NCBI RefSeq assembly: GCF_018350175.1
Contig: NC_058368.1
Location: forward strand, 19,966,001-20,030,000
Length of the DNA stretch: 64,000 nt
DNA from: Felis catus
Lineage: Eukaryota
Direction: 5' to 3'
Both the position numbers and the translations under genes were made by a program. The notes beneath the pieces are model-generated. The model had not been told where the DNA came from, did no database searches, and worked only from the letters and a program-made list of their open reading frames with translations. Positions 24,185 to 36,875 of the stretch are shown one piece after another. The stretch's first letter is position 1, and every line of letters begins with the position of its first letter.

Positions 24185-25592
24185 CCCTTGTTGTTTAATT
24201 TAACAATTCAAATATATAATAGTTAATATATCGTTGTCAGTTGTCAGCTGCCAGAAAATTGTGGAGAACATTTTTCGATTCTTCCCAAATTTACATCCAT
24301 TTCCATAGCCCTCTGTGTGTTAGATCATTGGCATTTTTTTCCTATAGAGTTTGAACTCTAAATTGATGGTGAAAATAGGCTTGCACCAGGCGCCAACTGT
24401 CACTTCTTTGGAAATTTTGATTTGAAAGAATCAATCTTTTGGATTTGAGAAATCAAAAATCTATATAATCTATCTCAAAATACAAATGCTTTCAGCTTTT
24501 TGTTTTTACAATGTACATACTTTTAGAATCACGTGTCTTAGACCTCACACTCTGGGGTTATGAATACAATTATTTATAAAGGAAAACATGGGCGGTAAAG
24601 GCATCAACCTATAACACCCAAAGGAAAAGTAAGTTTTGGGCTCAAAAGAGAGTCCTTCTGAAGCAGTGGACAAAGCACTGGAGAGGGAGTTGGAAGACCT
24701 AGGTCTAATCTAACTCGGTCTTTCGTGGCTGGCTCTGACCAGCCCTCCAGGCCTCCTCTCTGGCCCTGTCAATTCATTTGGCCTGCTCGACCCTGCCCCT
24801 ATGTCCCACTCGTTGACGTTTAACGGTCATGCCATGCTTTTGGAAAATATTGCCCTTGCACATGCTGCTGCTTCTACCTGGAATGCCCTTTACTGTCTTC
24901 TCTGTCTGGCAAATTCCTGGTCATCCTTCACAGCCAAGTTCAACTGTCACTTGCACAATTAACTTTCCCCTAACATCTAGCAACCTTTCCTCCATTGTAG
25001 CCCTCCCACAAACAAACATACAAAAACAAACAAACAAACAAACAAACAAACAAAAAACCTGGCCTGGTCACAGAAGAAAACCCACCCATTTTCTTCTCTT
25101 AAGAGTACTAGGCATATTGATACAATCATTCAAATGTTTTCTTGAATACCTTACTGTGCTCAACCCTGTGAAATGGTTATGAACATACAGACAAGCCTTC
25201 ATAGGACTCTTGGCCTATTGAGGATAAACAGAAAATGAACCAAAAAAGTAAGTTGTTTATGAGGTAGATTTAAGGTGATTAGTGCTTATGGAGAAAATAG
25301 AGTGGGAAGGGCAATAGAAGTGCCAGGGTACTAGTGAGATGCTTACAAATCAAAATTGGGTAATCAAGGGAGACTTCAGTGAGAAGGTGACATCCGAACA
25401 AAGACTTGAAACAGGTGAGGAAGTGAGCAACGGGGATATCTGATGAAGAGAGCTCCAGGTAGAGGGAACAGCAAGTTCAAAGGTCCTGAAGTAAGAGCTT
25501 GCCAGTAATATTTGAGGAACAGCAAGGAAGCTCATATGCATGGAACAAAGTAGAAAGAGCAGTAGGGGAGACTAGATAAGAAAGATAATAGT

Positions 25593-25831
25593 GGGGCGCC
25601 TGGGTGGCTCAGTTGGTTAAGCGTCCAACTTCAGCTCAGGTCACGATCTCACAGTCTGTGAGTTCGAGCCCCGCGTCGGGCTCTGTGCTGACAGCTCAGA
25701 GCCTGGAGCCTGCTTCAGATTCTGTGTCTCCCTCTCTCTCTGCCCCTTCCCTGCTCATGCTCTGTCTCTCTCTGTCTCAAAAATTAAAAAACAAAACAAC
25801 AACAACAACAACAAAAAACATTAAAAAAAAA
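25593..25831 (+). mobile_element. Can-SINE
   Basis: Full copy; TSD aagaaagataa. Confidence 0.95.
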
Positions 25832-26449
25832 GAAAGATAACAGAATGGAGATGGGAGCCCAGATTTTGTGGGGGTTTTGAGGCCACTGTGAGGACTTCAG
25901 CTTTAACTAGTAGGGAGACAGAAAACCATTGGAGGACTTGATCAGAGAACTGATTTCACTTGAGTTACATTTTTAAAGCTTCCTGTGTTTTATAGAATAT
26001 GGACTGTTGGGGAAATAAGGCAGTAATCCATGCAAGAGAAGATGGTGGTTGGGACCAGGATTACAGCAGGGGACATGGTAAGTAGTGGATATATGTTCTG
26101 GATATATTCTGGATATATGTTGAATGTAGAGCCAATAGCATTTCATGATGGATTAAATCAGAGAAAGAAACAAGTCAAAGATGACTTCAAGGTTTTTTGG
26201 CCTGAGCAACTATGAAGATGGAACTGTTGATGCATTGGGATGATGAAGGTTGTCGAAGGAGCAGATTTGGAGGGGAAGATGAGGAATGTGGTTTTGGAGG
26301 TGTTGAGTTTGAGATACTAATTAGCTTTTAAAGCAGAGATGTCAGGTTGTCGATTGGGTGCATGAGTCTGGAGTTTGGGAGAGACATCTGCTGGAGATAG
26401 AAATTTTGGAGTCATCAGCATACAGTTGATATTTAAACCCATGACACTG

Positions 26450-26668
26450 GGGGCGCCTGGGTGGCTCAGTCGGTTGAGTGTCCGGCTTCGGCTCAGGTCA
26501 TGATCTCACAGTCTGTGAGTTCGAGCCCCGCGTCGGGCTCTGGGCTGACAGCTCAGAGCCTGGAGCCTGCTTCTGATTCTGTGTCTCCCTCTCTCTCTGC
26601 CCCTCCCCTGCTCATGCTCTGCCTCTCTCTGTCTCAAAAATAAATAAAAACATTAAAAAAAAAAAAAA
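26450..26668 (+). mobile_element. Can-SINE
   Basis: Full copy; TSD-like cca(t/c)gacactg. Confidence 0.95.
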
Positions 26669-27911
26669 AGCCACGACACTGAATGAGATCATAAAGGGAG
26701 TGGTTGTAGAAAGAAAATAGAAGAGGTCCAAGCCTGAGCCCCAGGGTACTCCAGTGTTAAGTGGCAAAGCATACGGGTCTGTTACAGCATGTTCACATTT
26801 TGTTGTAATTGCCTCTATGTGTCTTACACTTCCATTACACTATGATCTCCTTGATGGAAAGGACTGGATCTTACTCATTTTTTAAAACAGCTTTTTCTGA
26901 GGTACAATTTACCTACCATGACACTCCCCTGTTTTAAGGGTACAGTTCAGTGTTTTTTAGTTCTTACTCATTTTTGTATCTTCATTAACAGGGACACGGT
27001 AAGCACTTAATAAACATTTTTCACAACAAATGGTGAATTTTTCAGTGAATTACTAAATGAATGAATGCATGTGATCTTAGATCAGCCCTTTGCATATCTG
27101 GATGCACTTCTCTGGGAACAAAATGAGAGTGCTGACAAGAGGATTTTTAATTCTCTTTCTACTTTGAAATGTAAATATCCTAGACGTTTGTTTCAGAGGC
27201 AAGGAATAAACCTCAATGAGCTGCTCAGGTTTCCCCAATCACTAGCTTTCATGACATAAAGACATGAAATGTTTTTGGAAACTTTTTAGTGCAATGAGAA
27301 ATTGGTTTTGACCTTGTTGGGTCAAGTTATAACTATTAAAAGCATTGTTTGACTTCACTATCTCTTCATGAATCAGGCATAAAAGAGAAGAAACTTGGAA
27401 TCTAGTATTATTTGGTTTATAATAGGCACAGATGTAATATATAGATAAAACACTAGCACAGACAATGAGTGAATGTTAAGTGGAACCATATTGTCACAGG
27501 GTTCCTATATTTCAGATTTTAAGTTAATTCAACATTAACTCTAAATAGATTGTGAAAAAGTAAAGATTGTAATTCCTGGAGCAATCACTAAAGAAATAAT
27601 GCCAAGAGATACAGCTAGAAAGTCAATACAGGAATTAAAATGGAATGCTACCGATAATTGATTAACACAAAAGAAAGTAAGAAAAAAGGAACAGGAACAA
27701 AAACAGATGAGACAAATAGAAAGCAGATAGCAAAATGGTAGACCAAAATCCAATCAGACCAAAAATTACATTAAATTTAGATTGAATAAGCACTGTAATC
27801 AAAAAACAGAGATTGTGAGACTGAGTCAGATCGGATAAAAAAGCAAGACCCAATCATTTGCTGTCTGTAAGAGTTTCACTTTAGTTACCGTGATGTAAGT
27901 GGAGTAAAAGC

Positions 27912-27944
<33 letters not shown>

Positions 27945-27962
27945 CCTATCTATGTATCTATA
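27912..27962. repeat. (TCTA)n tetranucleotide microsatellite
   Basis: atctatctatctatct..., with two variant units. Confidence 0.95.
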
Positions 27963-29407
27963 TGGCCAACTGTAAGCAGAAGAGAGCTAGAGTGTCTGTA
28001 TTAATAAAAGATAAACAGAATTTAAGAAAAAATATAATAAGAGGCAGAGGGGACATTTTATGATAATGTATTATCTATTGTTATGATACAAAATAAATGT
28101 AGTGCTTCAAAAATGTGAAGCAAAACTGATAGAAGTGAAGAAAAATAGACAAATGTATAGAGTTGGAGATTTTAATATACTTCTCTCAGTAATTAATAGA
28201 ACAAACAGCCAAAATAATAAGGATATAAGAAGATCTGAGCAACATATCTGCTATAACCTAATTGACATTTGTAGAACAATACCCTCAACAATTTCGGACT
28301 AAAGCATTCTTTTCAAGTACACATGAAATGTTCATCAAGACAGACCATATCCCAGACCACAAAATAAGTCTCAGTAGGTATCAAAAGACTGAAATTGTAT
28401 GTAGCCTACTGTCTGACCGTAATAGAATTAAATGAGAAATAATAACAATAAAACAAATTGGAAAGCACCAAATACTTTAAAATTAAATAGCATGTATCTA
28501 AATAACTCATGAGTCAAAGAAGAAATCGCAAGAGAGAAAAGAAAATATTTTGAACTGAATGACAATGAAAACACAATATTTCAAATTTGTTTCGCTGAAG
28601 TAGTACTTAGAGTAAAAGGTATAGTTTTAAGTGTTTATATTAGAAAAGGAGAAAAGGTCTAATATCAATGATATAAGTTTTTACAGCTTTGTAATACTTG
28701 AAGTATTACAATACAATAGCTTGAATTCCATCAATGATATAAGTTTTGACCTTAAGAAGTTAGAAAAAGAAGAGCAAATTAAAGTAAGCAGCAGAAAGAA
28801 AGAGCAGGAGTGAATGAAACAAAAAATAAAAACAGAGAAGATTAATGGAAGCAGAAGTTAGTTCTTTGAAAAGATCAATGAAAAACCAGAGAAAGTACAA
28901 ATTAACAATATCAGGGATAAAAGAATATATACAGTCTACTGTCATTGAAGGATAATAAGGAGATATTATGAACAAGTTACATAAATTTGACAACTTACAT
29001 GAAACAGACAACTTTCTTGGAAGATAGAATTTACCAAACTAACGTAAGAAGAAATAGAAAATTCAAACTCATACCTACTAAAGAAATTGAATTAGTAATT
29101 TAAAACCTTGCCCAGACAGCTTCATTGGTGAATTCTACCAGACATTTAAAGAAGAAATAATATAAATCCTTCAAAAACTATTTGAGGAAACACAGGAGAA
29201 AGGAATAATTTCCAAATAAATCATTGTATGAGGCTGATATTAACGGGACACCCAAACCAGGTATAGATGTTACAAAAGAAGAAAACTATAGACCAATATT
29301 CCTCACAAGTAGGGATGCAAAAATCTTAAACAAAATTTTGGCAGATAAAATTCAGCAGGATATAACAAGGATAATACATCACGAGCAAGATATAAAAATG
29401 ATAACGT

Positions 29408-29620
29408 GGGGCATCTGGGTGGCTCAGTCGGTTAAATGTCCAACTCTTAATTTTGGCTCAGGTCATGATCTCATGGTTCCTGAGTTTGAGCCCCTGATTC
29501 AGGCTCTGGGCTGACAGTGGGGAGCCTACTTGGGATTCTTTCTCTCTCCCTCTGTCTTTGCCCCTCCTTGCTCATGCTTTCTCCCTCAAAATTAATTAAT
29601 TATTTAAAAAAAATTTTAAA
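29408..29620 (+). mobile_element. Can-SINE
   Basis: ggggcatctgggtggctcagtcggttaaatg head, CT tract, A/T tail. Confidence 0.9.
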
Positions 29621-29873
29621 TAACACGTTTATTCAAGATGCAAAGTTGGTTAGCCCTTGAACATCCATCAGTGTAACTTATCATATTGAGAGTAAATTTT
29701 GATGAAGTCTCTCAGTAAACATAGAATAGAAGGTAACTTTTTCAACCTAATAAAGGACATCTACGAAACAAAACAAAAACTCTTAAGGCCAAGATCATCT
29801 TTTGTGTTGAAAGACTGTACGTTTTCTTCTTAGAACTGGCAATACAACAAGCTTGTCCATTCTTACCATTTCT

Positions 29874-30087
29874 TTTGGGGGAGATGGGGGAGCAATTCAC
29901 ATTTTTTTAAAGTTTATTTATTTATTTTGATGGGGGGAGGGGCAGAGAGAGGGAGAGAGAGAATTCTAAGTAGGCTCACACTGTCAGCACAGAGCCCTAT
30001 GTAGGGCTCAAACTCAAACTATGAGATCATGACCTGAGCTGAATCCAAGAGCTAGGCGCTTAACTGACTGAGCCACCCAGGCGCCCC
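29874..30087 (-). mobile_element. Can-SINE with extra 3' segment
   Basis: Antisense copy; 17-bp TSD ccattct(t/c)accatttct at 29857-29873 and 30086-30102. Confidence 0.9.
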
Positions 30088-30667
30088 ATTCTCACCATTT
30101 CTATTGAACATTGTGCTAGACATTCTGGCAGGACAATGAAGCAAAAAAAAAAAAAAAAAAAAAAAAAAAGAAAGAGAAACAGAAGGCATGAAGGCATAAA
30201 AAATGAAAATGGAGATGTGAAGTTGACTTTATTCACAAATGAAATTATTTGTAGAAAGTTTTGAAGAGCCAAGAAAAAAAGCTACTAGTACTCATAAGTG
30301 CTCAAGACATAGGTTAATATACACAAGTCAATTGTGTTTCTATACAATGGACAATTCAAAAAAATTAGAAAAAAAAATTAGAATTGTTTATACCATAAAA
30401 ATGTAATATTATGGAAAATGAAATGTGTACAAAGCCTAAACACTGAAAAATACAAAATAAAATACTACTGAGCGAATTTAAAGATTGAGATAAATGGTGA
30501 AATATGCCATGTTTATGGATTAGAAGACTTCATATTTCCAATATGAGTGATTGTCAGAATGACTATCATTCAAAATTGATCTATAGGTTCAGTGCAATTC
30601 CAATAAAAATTCCAACAGAACTTTTTTTGTAAAAATTGGCAAGCTGATTATAAAATGACCAAGAATA

Positions 30668-30895
30668 GGGGCGCCTGGGTGGCGCAGTCGGTTAAGCGTC
30701 CGACTTCAGCCAGGTCACGATCTCGCGGTCCGGGAGTTCGAGCCCCGCGTCAGGCTCTGGGCTGATGGCTCAGAGCCTGGAGCCTGTTTCTGATTCTGTG
30801 TTTCCCTCTCTCTCTGCCCCTCCCCCGTTCATGCTCTGTCTCTCTCTCTCTGTCCCAAAAATAAATAAAAACGGGGGAAAAAAATTAAAAAAAAA
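30668..30895 (+). mobile_element. Young feline SINE (SINEC_Fc-type)
   Basis: ggtggcgcagtcggttaagcgtccgacttcagccaggtcacg head; perfect TSD taaaatgaccaagaatag. Confidence 0.96.
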
Positions 30896-31714
30896 TAAAA
30901 TGACCAAGAATAGCCAAAACAATTTTGAAAAAAAAATTGGAGATATTACCCTAGTTAAACTCTTACTATAAATCTACAGTAATCAAGACAGTGTGATTTG
31001 TCCTAACAATAGACATATAGATCAACAAAATAGAACAGAGTACAGAAATAGAGATTCACATTTGTGGTCCATTGATTTTCAACAATGGTACAAAGATAAT
31101 TCAGTGGAAAGGAAAATCTTTTCAACAAACAGTGCTGAAACAACGAGAAATCTATATGAAAAAAAAGAAAACCCAACTCACCTCATACCATCCACAAAAA
31201 TAAATCAAAATGGATCATAGACATGAATACAAAAGCTAAAACAATAAAGCTTTGGGGAAAAAAATAGGAGAAAAATCTCTATGACACTGGAATACATTTT
31301 TAAAAAGGTGTTTTGATAGGATACAAAAAACCACAACCTACACAGGAAAATAATGATTAATTAGACCTCGTTAAAATTTTTGAAATGAGCTCTTCCAATG
31401 ACACCTTAAATAATATGAAAATGTAAGCCACCTATTTAGAAGAATATATTTGTAACACATATATCTGACAAAGGAATTGTATTCAGAATACATAAAGAAC
31501 TTTTGTAACTCCATACTCAAAGGACAAACATAACTCAATTAAAAATGGGCAAAAGATTTGAGTAGACACTTCACAAAAGAAGGTATAAGGGATGGCCAAT
31601 AATCACGTGAAGATTCATCAGGGAAACACAGATGAGTCATCAGGAAAATGCAAATTCAAATCACAATAAGTACAACTTCACACTCACTAGAAAGACTAAA
31701 ATTTAAAAGAATAA

Positions 31715-32197
31715 TGTGAAAGTTAATGTTATATGGCAATTTAACTGGATTAGAGGATTCACCAGGTATTTGGCTCAACATTATTTCTGAGTGTGTCTGT
31801 AAGGATTTTCCAGATGAGATTAGTGCTTGGACTGATGGATTCTGTGAAATAGACAGCCCTCTTCAGTGTGGGTAGGTATCGTCCAAACCATTAAGGGCCT
31901 AACTAGAACAGAAGGTAGGGGAAAGAGGAATTCCCCCCTTTTTCTGCCTTATTGCTTCAGTGGGGGCATCTCATCTCATCTCATCTTCTGTGGCCCAGGG
32001 ACTGGTATTTACATCATCAGCTCTCTTAATTCTCAGGCCTTCATACTCAGATTGAATTACACCATTGGCTTTCTGGGGTCTCCCATGGCAGATCATGGGA
32101 CTTCTCAGCCTCTGTAATCACATAAGCCAATTCCTTATAATAAATCTCATTTTATAGCCTATTGGTTCTGTTTCTCTGAAGAACCCTGGCTAATACA
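31715..32197 (+). mobile_element. MLT2 (ERVL) solo LTR
   Basis: Starts tgtgaaagttaatgttatatggcaa and ends cctattggttctgtttctctgaagaaccctggctaataca, giving TG...CA termini. Confidence 0.88.
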
Positions 32198-33329
32198 ACT
32201 GACAACCCCAACTTTAGGTGGACATGATGAAGCAAATGGTAATTTCTCACAAAATGAAATATGTACTTATGACCCATCAAGCCTACTCCTAAGTATTTAC
32301 CCAAAGGGAATGAAAATATATATTTACAAACAGCCATATGCAAGGATGGTCATAGCAGTTGTATTCATAATAGTCAGAACCCAGAAATAACACACTCATC
32401 CATCAGCAGAAGAATGGATAAATACATTGTGATATATCTTTATAAGAAAATACTACTCAATAAAAAAGAAGACTCTTCCAATTCCAGGCAACAATGTAGA
32501 TGAATCTCAAAAACAGTATGTTGAGTGAAAGAGGCCAGAGTCAAAAAAATACATAGCATTTGATCCCATTTTCGTGAAATTCTAGGAAAATAATCTACGG
32601 TGAGAGAGAGGGCATCAGTGGTTGCTTGGGGATTGGGGGGAAGAGGTGGGAGTGGGGGCAGCTGGGATCTAGCAAGTGTTATGTCACTAACTAGCTGTGC
32701 GAGCTTGAGAAGGAGCCCTCTTCTCCTTTGTTTCTTCAAGTAGAAAAGATAAGTAAATAGACCCAGGTCATGCATACTAGCTGATCTTCAAGGTCCCTGC
32801 CAGCCAGCACTACATTCTTGGTCTCTTCTGTATCCAGGGCCCATAAAAGAATAAAACAAATGAGTGTGTTGGTGATGTTTGCATTGAATTACTGAAAACT
32901 AGCATAATTGTCATAAAGTATTTTTGTCAGAGAAGAAGGGAATAACGATCTAGCATAATTTTTTTTTTTTTTTGCCAGAGAAAAATATGAATTAATTGTA
33001 AAATAGGCCAGAAAAATGAAGGAAGACTTTCGACTGCAGTTGCAGGAGGCCTGTGATTTTGATAGGAAATGCTGAGTAAAGGGTGTGGTAAGTAGCGGAA
33101 GGAAATGAAAGTAAAGAAAGAAAAAGAAACACAACATCCAGCAAAATGAGGGCTCTTATCACCATCCAAATTGCTTTCCCGATACAAATTAGGTAACTAT
33201 AAAAGTGAGAGCCATTTATTTTCCTCGTGAGGTCTTGCTCATAAGCTATTATATGTTATTTATAACAATCAAGTAAGTAGACCCCACAATGCACTTAATA
33301 AGGACACTTCGCTAGGCCCTCCTCTGAAG

Positions 33330-33600
33330 GAACACATTGCCTATTTCATAACAATCCCATGAGAGAGGTACTCGGCTAGTACCTTTCCCCCCCATTTTAC
33401 AGATGGGGAAACTGAGACACTTCCCGCTACATTACCTTTCTAAAAACTAGACTTCTGAACTTGGAAGCACAGCTGGCTTCAAGGCTTTGGATGAGGGAGC
33501 ATGGGCCTGTAATACCTAACTTGCCCAAGCGCGGTGAGGACTAAACATGATAATGTACGTAAATCCCCCGGTGCAGGCTCAGTTCTCTATAATGGCAGTT
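33330..33600. mobile_element. MIR fragments (both orientations)
   Basis: cccattttacagatggggaaactgagaca and gtgaggactaaacatgataatgtacgtaaa. Confidence 0.65.
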
Positions 33601-33619
33601 ACTACTTGAAGGAACAATT

Positions 33620-34410
33620 CATTTTAACTGTGACGATTAGTAAAGTGTCTGGGAAGATGTAAGATTAAGCAGAACCTGAGTGACAAGACTATTCAAGACA
33701 AAGGAAATAACTTCAACAAAGTTAATTGTGTGAGAGTGGAGGGCGTATTCAGGAACCGTGAAACAAGTGGGTGGCATCAGGTCTGGGGATTGTAGAGGAG
33801 ACGAGGCCAGAAAGTTTTATTGGGGCTACACATTGTGCACAGTTCGAGTTGCACAGCTCTTCATATGCAAGAGCAGGGAGACTATAAGCTTTGGTGGGTA
33901 GAGAGGATGCTGGGGTTTGACACAATCTTGCCAGTGTCTTAGGAACAGAACTCTAATGACAGCTTAGAGCATGGGCTGAGGTGATGGGCAGAGACTAATC
34001 AGGACATTCTTGCAAGGTTGAGATTTAATGAAGGTCAGGTATGGGGCTGCAGAGAAAATGGAACCTTGGTAACACAGTGATAGGCTCAACCGGGTTCCTG
34101 GGTGGGAGACAGTGATGAGGGAGATGCTGGAACTTCGATATTTCCAGGATTTCAAGCATAAGCCGTATGCAGCCCAGTTCTGATTGTGGTCAGGGGCTTC
34201 AGTCAAAAGAAGGACTAGGTCTGTATGGAAGGATGGGTTCAATTCAGGACATACTGACACTGATGTCGACAGAACATCCAGTTGGAAATATGGGCCTGGG
34301 GCTTGGAAGATGGGTCAGCTAGAGGCAGATGGAGAGTTAGCCCCTTAAAGACCACAGCTGAAACTGCCCAAGTAGATGAAGTCATTGAGGAAGAACATGC
34401 AGCATGAGAT
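33620..34410 (-). mobile_element. Degraded L2
   Basis: gggttcaattcaggacatactgac...gaacatccagttggaaata. Confidence 0.55.
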
Positions 34411-35058
34411 AACTACTACCGATATTGCAACCATTACAAGGATCTTCCTGCGTGCTCGGGAGATCTTGACTGATAGGGCAAAGAGCGTCAGACAAAATAT
34501 TAAGTCTCATGTGGGCTGTTATGTGTTCACTGTCACTGATTTTCTCAAGAACACTGTGGGGTAGGAAAAAAGAGAGAGGAAGGACAAACCCTTCTTAAGG
34601 TCCCTATTTTCACGGTTTTGGCAGATGAGGAACTAGAAAAGGGAAGAAAGACCAAATTTTGTAAAAGTTACATGAAATCTCCAACAGCCAACTTCTCGCC
34701 ACCAGATAGATCCTGCCTTCATTATTCCTAAACCCCAGATGAGGGTCTGGAGGCACATGTCCGGAACTGTGTAACAACACAAGGGGTCATTTGGGAACTG
34801 CCAAATTCACAGGACAAAAAGCGGTATTCAATTATGGCTCGGGCTGGATTGAGCTGGTCCAGGAAGGGTCTGGGAGAAAAAAAACATGTGTGTTGGGTCT
34901 TGAAGGGCAGCGGAGCATGAAGTGGAGAAAAGAGCAGGTGGACATTGCAGGTCGGGGGCCACAGCCTGGAAGGTCAAGCATTTTCTCTTAAATCGTATTT
35001 ACAACTTTGTGCTCTACAAAATCTCCTGCAAACCCATTCTACTTACTGCCAGACTCCA

Positions 35059-35292
35059 TTTTTTTAAATTTTTTATTTAAAAAAATTTTTTTTAACGTTT
35101 ATTTATTTTTGAGACAGAGAGAGAGCATGAACGGGGGAGGGTCAAAGAGAGAGGGAGACACAGACTCTGAAACAGGCTCCAGGCTCTGAGCTGTCAGCAC
35201 AGAGCCAGATGCGGGGCTCGAACTCACGTTCTGTGAGATCATGACCTGAGCCGAAGTGGGCCACTTAATGGACTGAGCCACCCAGGCGCCCC
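35059..35292 (-). mobile_element. Can-SINE
   Basis: Antisense full copy. Confidence 0.95.
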
Positions 35293-35637
35293 TGCCTGGC
35301 TCCATGTTTAACTGTAAAATTTCTACTCACTCTGAATGCTGCTGGAACATACTTATCTGTTCATCAGGTTTGGCAAAACAGTGACGTATGATCTTCCTTA
35401 AACATCAGCACATCTCAGCTTTTCTTTCAGTTTCCTATTTATTTTCATTCCGACATTTATTTACATACCTGTGATTTTTCAGTGTGAACTCTGTTAATGT
35501 CAAATAGTGTTACACTCTGAACTATTGACATTATGCCTGGAGATTTTTAAAGGACAATTAATTCTCAGTTACTTCCACATTAATGGTCTCTGCCCCCCAA
35601 CTCAGGAGGGACCCTGCAGCAAGGTCATGTCCTAGAT

Positions 35638-36145
35638 GGTAGTGGGCACTGTTCCTTGGCTTCCCAGCACTCATTTGCCCTCCCGTTTTTTAAGAGCAGT
35701 CCAAATTCCTTGTTGGAAATTACTGGCTTCTTATTACGAGAGTCTCACTGGGACTGTCAAGGAACCCTGTCTTCTACTTGCCAAGAGTAATCACTGACTG
35801 AAGTTGGCCAATCAAATTTTATTCTAAGTTCATCTTGAGCAGGGTCACTGAAGGACTGTTAAAAGAAAAAAAAAAATGGAATGGGATTTATTTCAACAGA
35901 GATGCTCTGAAGGCATCACTGATTACTTCCTACCACTTAGCTAAACCAGAGCTGTTCTGGTTCTGTCCTTCGTGAGCCTTATTCTTTAGGTCCTTTCTTG
36001 ATTCTCTGAGCCATCTCATAACTTTCTCATAAATAATATAGTAATAAATAATTATATATATATAATTATATGTAATATATAATAAGTAAATAAAAATAAA
36101 GGTAAATAAAAAATAACTTAGAGTCACTTTCTATTGTTTGAAAAA
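35638..36145. mobile_element. Old ERVL-type LTR-like sequence with AT-rich expansion
   Basis: gtagtgggcactgttccttggcttcccagc start; end with tttctattgtttg; (TA)-rich block at 36030-36110. Confidence 0.4.
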
Positions 36146-36454
36146 GAAGAAGAAGATGAACTAATTTGCTGGCCCTACTAGAAAATCCAGTATTTCCAAT
36201 TGTCTGCCAAAGTGACCTCCACTGATGTGGGAAATCAGGGGGTGATAAGGAAGGACTGGAAGGTATCTGTCTACTCTCCACCCTCCTCCACCTGCTGTCT
36301 CCCCCAGAGGATGGTTTGAACAGGACAAAGTGTTCTGGCTCCAGTGTTCTCTGGCTTCCTACTGAGCTTGGTCCTGTCTCCATCTTGAGAGCAAGATGTA
36401 GGTGTGAGTTTTCGCAGCTTCCTCATTGAGAGATTGCGTCAGGTTGGCTGTATC

Positions 36455-36655
36455 CAGCAGTGTGCTTGTAAATGTGTAACAGCTGGCTCCCTGAAAAAAA
36501 GGAGGAGGAGGAGTTCTTGTTCGTAGTATTTGCTGATTTCTGTGGCATAGTATTATCATCACAACCTATATGGTTGCCAATGTGACATCACCGAATGCAG
36601 AGTTGGGCAAAAATGCTAGCAATCAGCTCCTGTGTGTCCTAGCACACGGCTGGCT
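36455..36655. mobile_element. hAT DNA transposon relic (MER63-like)
   Basis: gtgtgcttgtaaatgtgtaacagctggctc...gtgacatcaccgaatgcagagttggg. Confidence 0.55.
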
Positions 36656-36824
36656 GTGTCCCCCAACAGAATAGCATGATTGTTTCTCCTTTAGAGTTCC
36701 ACCAACTTTTCCCTCCTGTCCTTTTATGTGCCTGGGGGTGATCATTCTACTGCCTCTAGCTCCGGGCACTTTCCCTAATCTCTGCACACATCTTTGCAAA
36801 GTGTCCCCTTGTAAGAAAACCAAC

Positions 36825-36826
<2 letters not shown>

Positions 36827-36866
<40 letters not shown>

Positions 36867-36875
36867 TACACACAC
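36827..36875. repeat. (CA)n microsatellite
   Basis: Direct observation. Confidence 0.95.

Larger units (their letters stand above)
25120..26760 (-). mobile_element. L2 LINE (antisense), carrying two SINE insertions
   Basis: ccaggtagagggaacagcaagttcaaaggtcctg...aaggttttttggcctgagcaact...ggagtcatcagcatacag. Confidence 0.8.
27420..32660 (+). mobile_element. Long degraded L1 (L1M-type: ORF2 remnants plus 3'UTR), with nested SINEs and an MLT2
   Basis: ORF2-like peptides such as [42 protein letters not shown] and RHIDQQNRTE, broken by many stops and frameshifts. Confidence 0.9.

Noticed and set aside
35495..35535. Short hairpin taatgtcaaatag...ctattgacatta as a pre-miRNA
   Set aside because: The stem is only about 12 bp, too short for a miRNA precursor.
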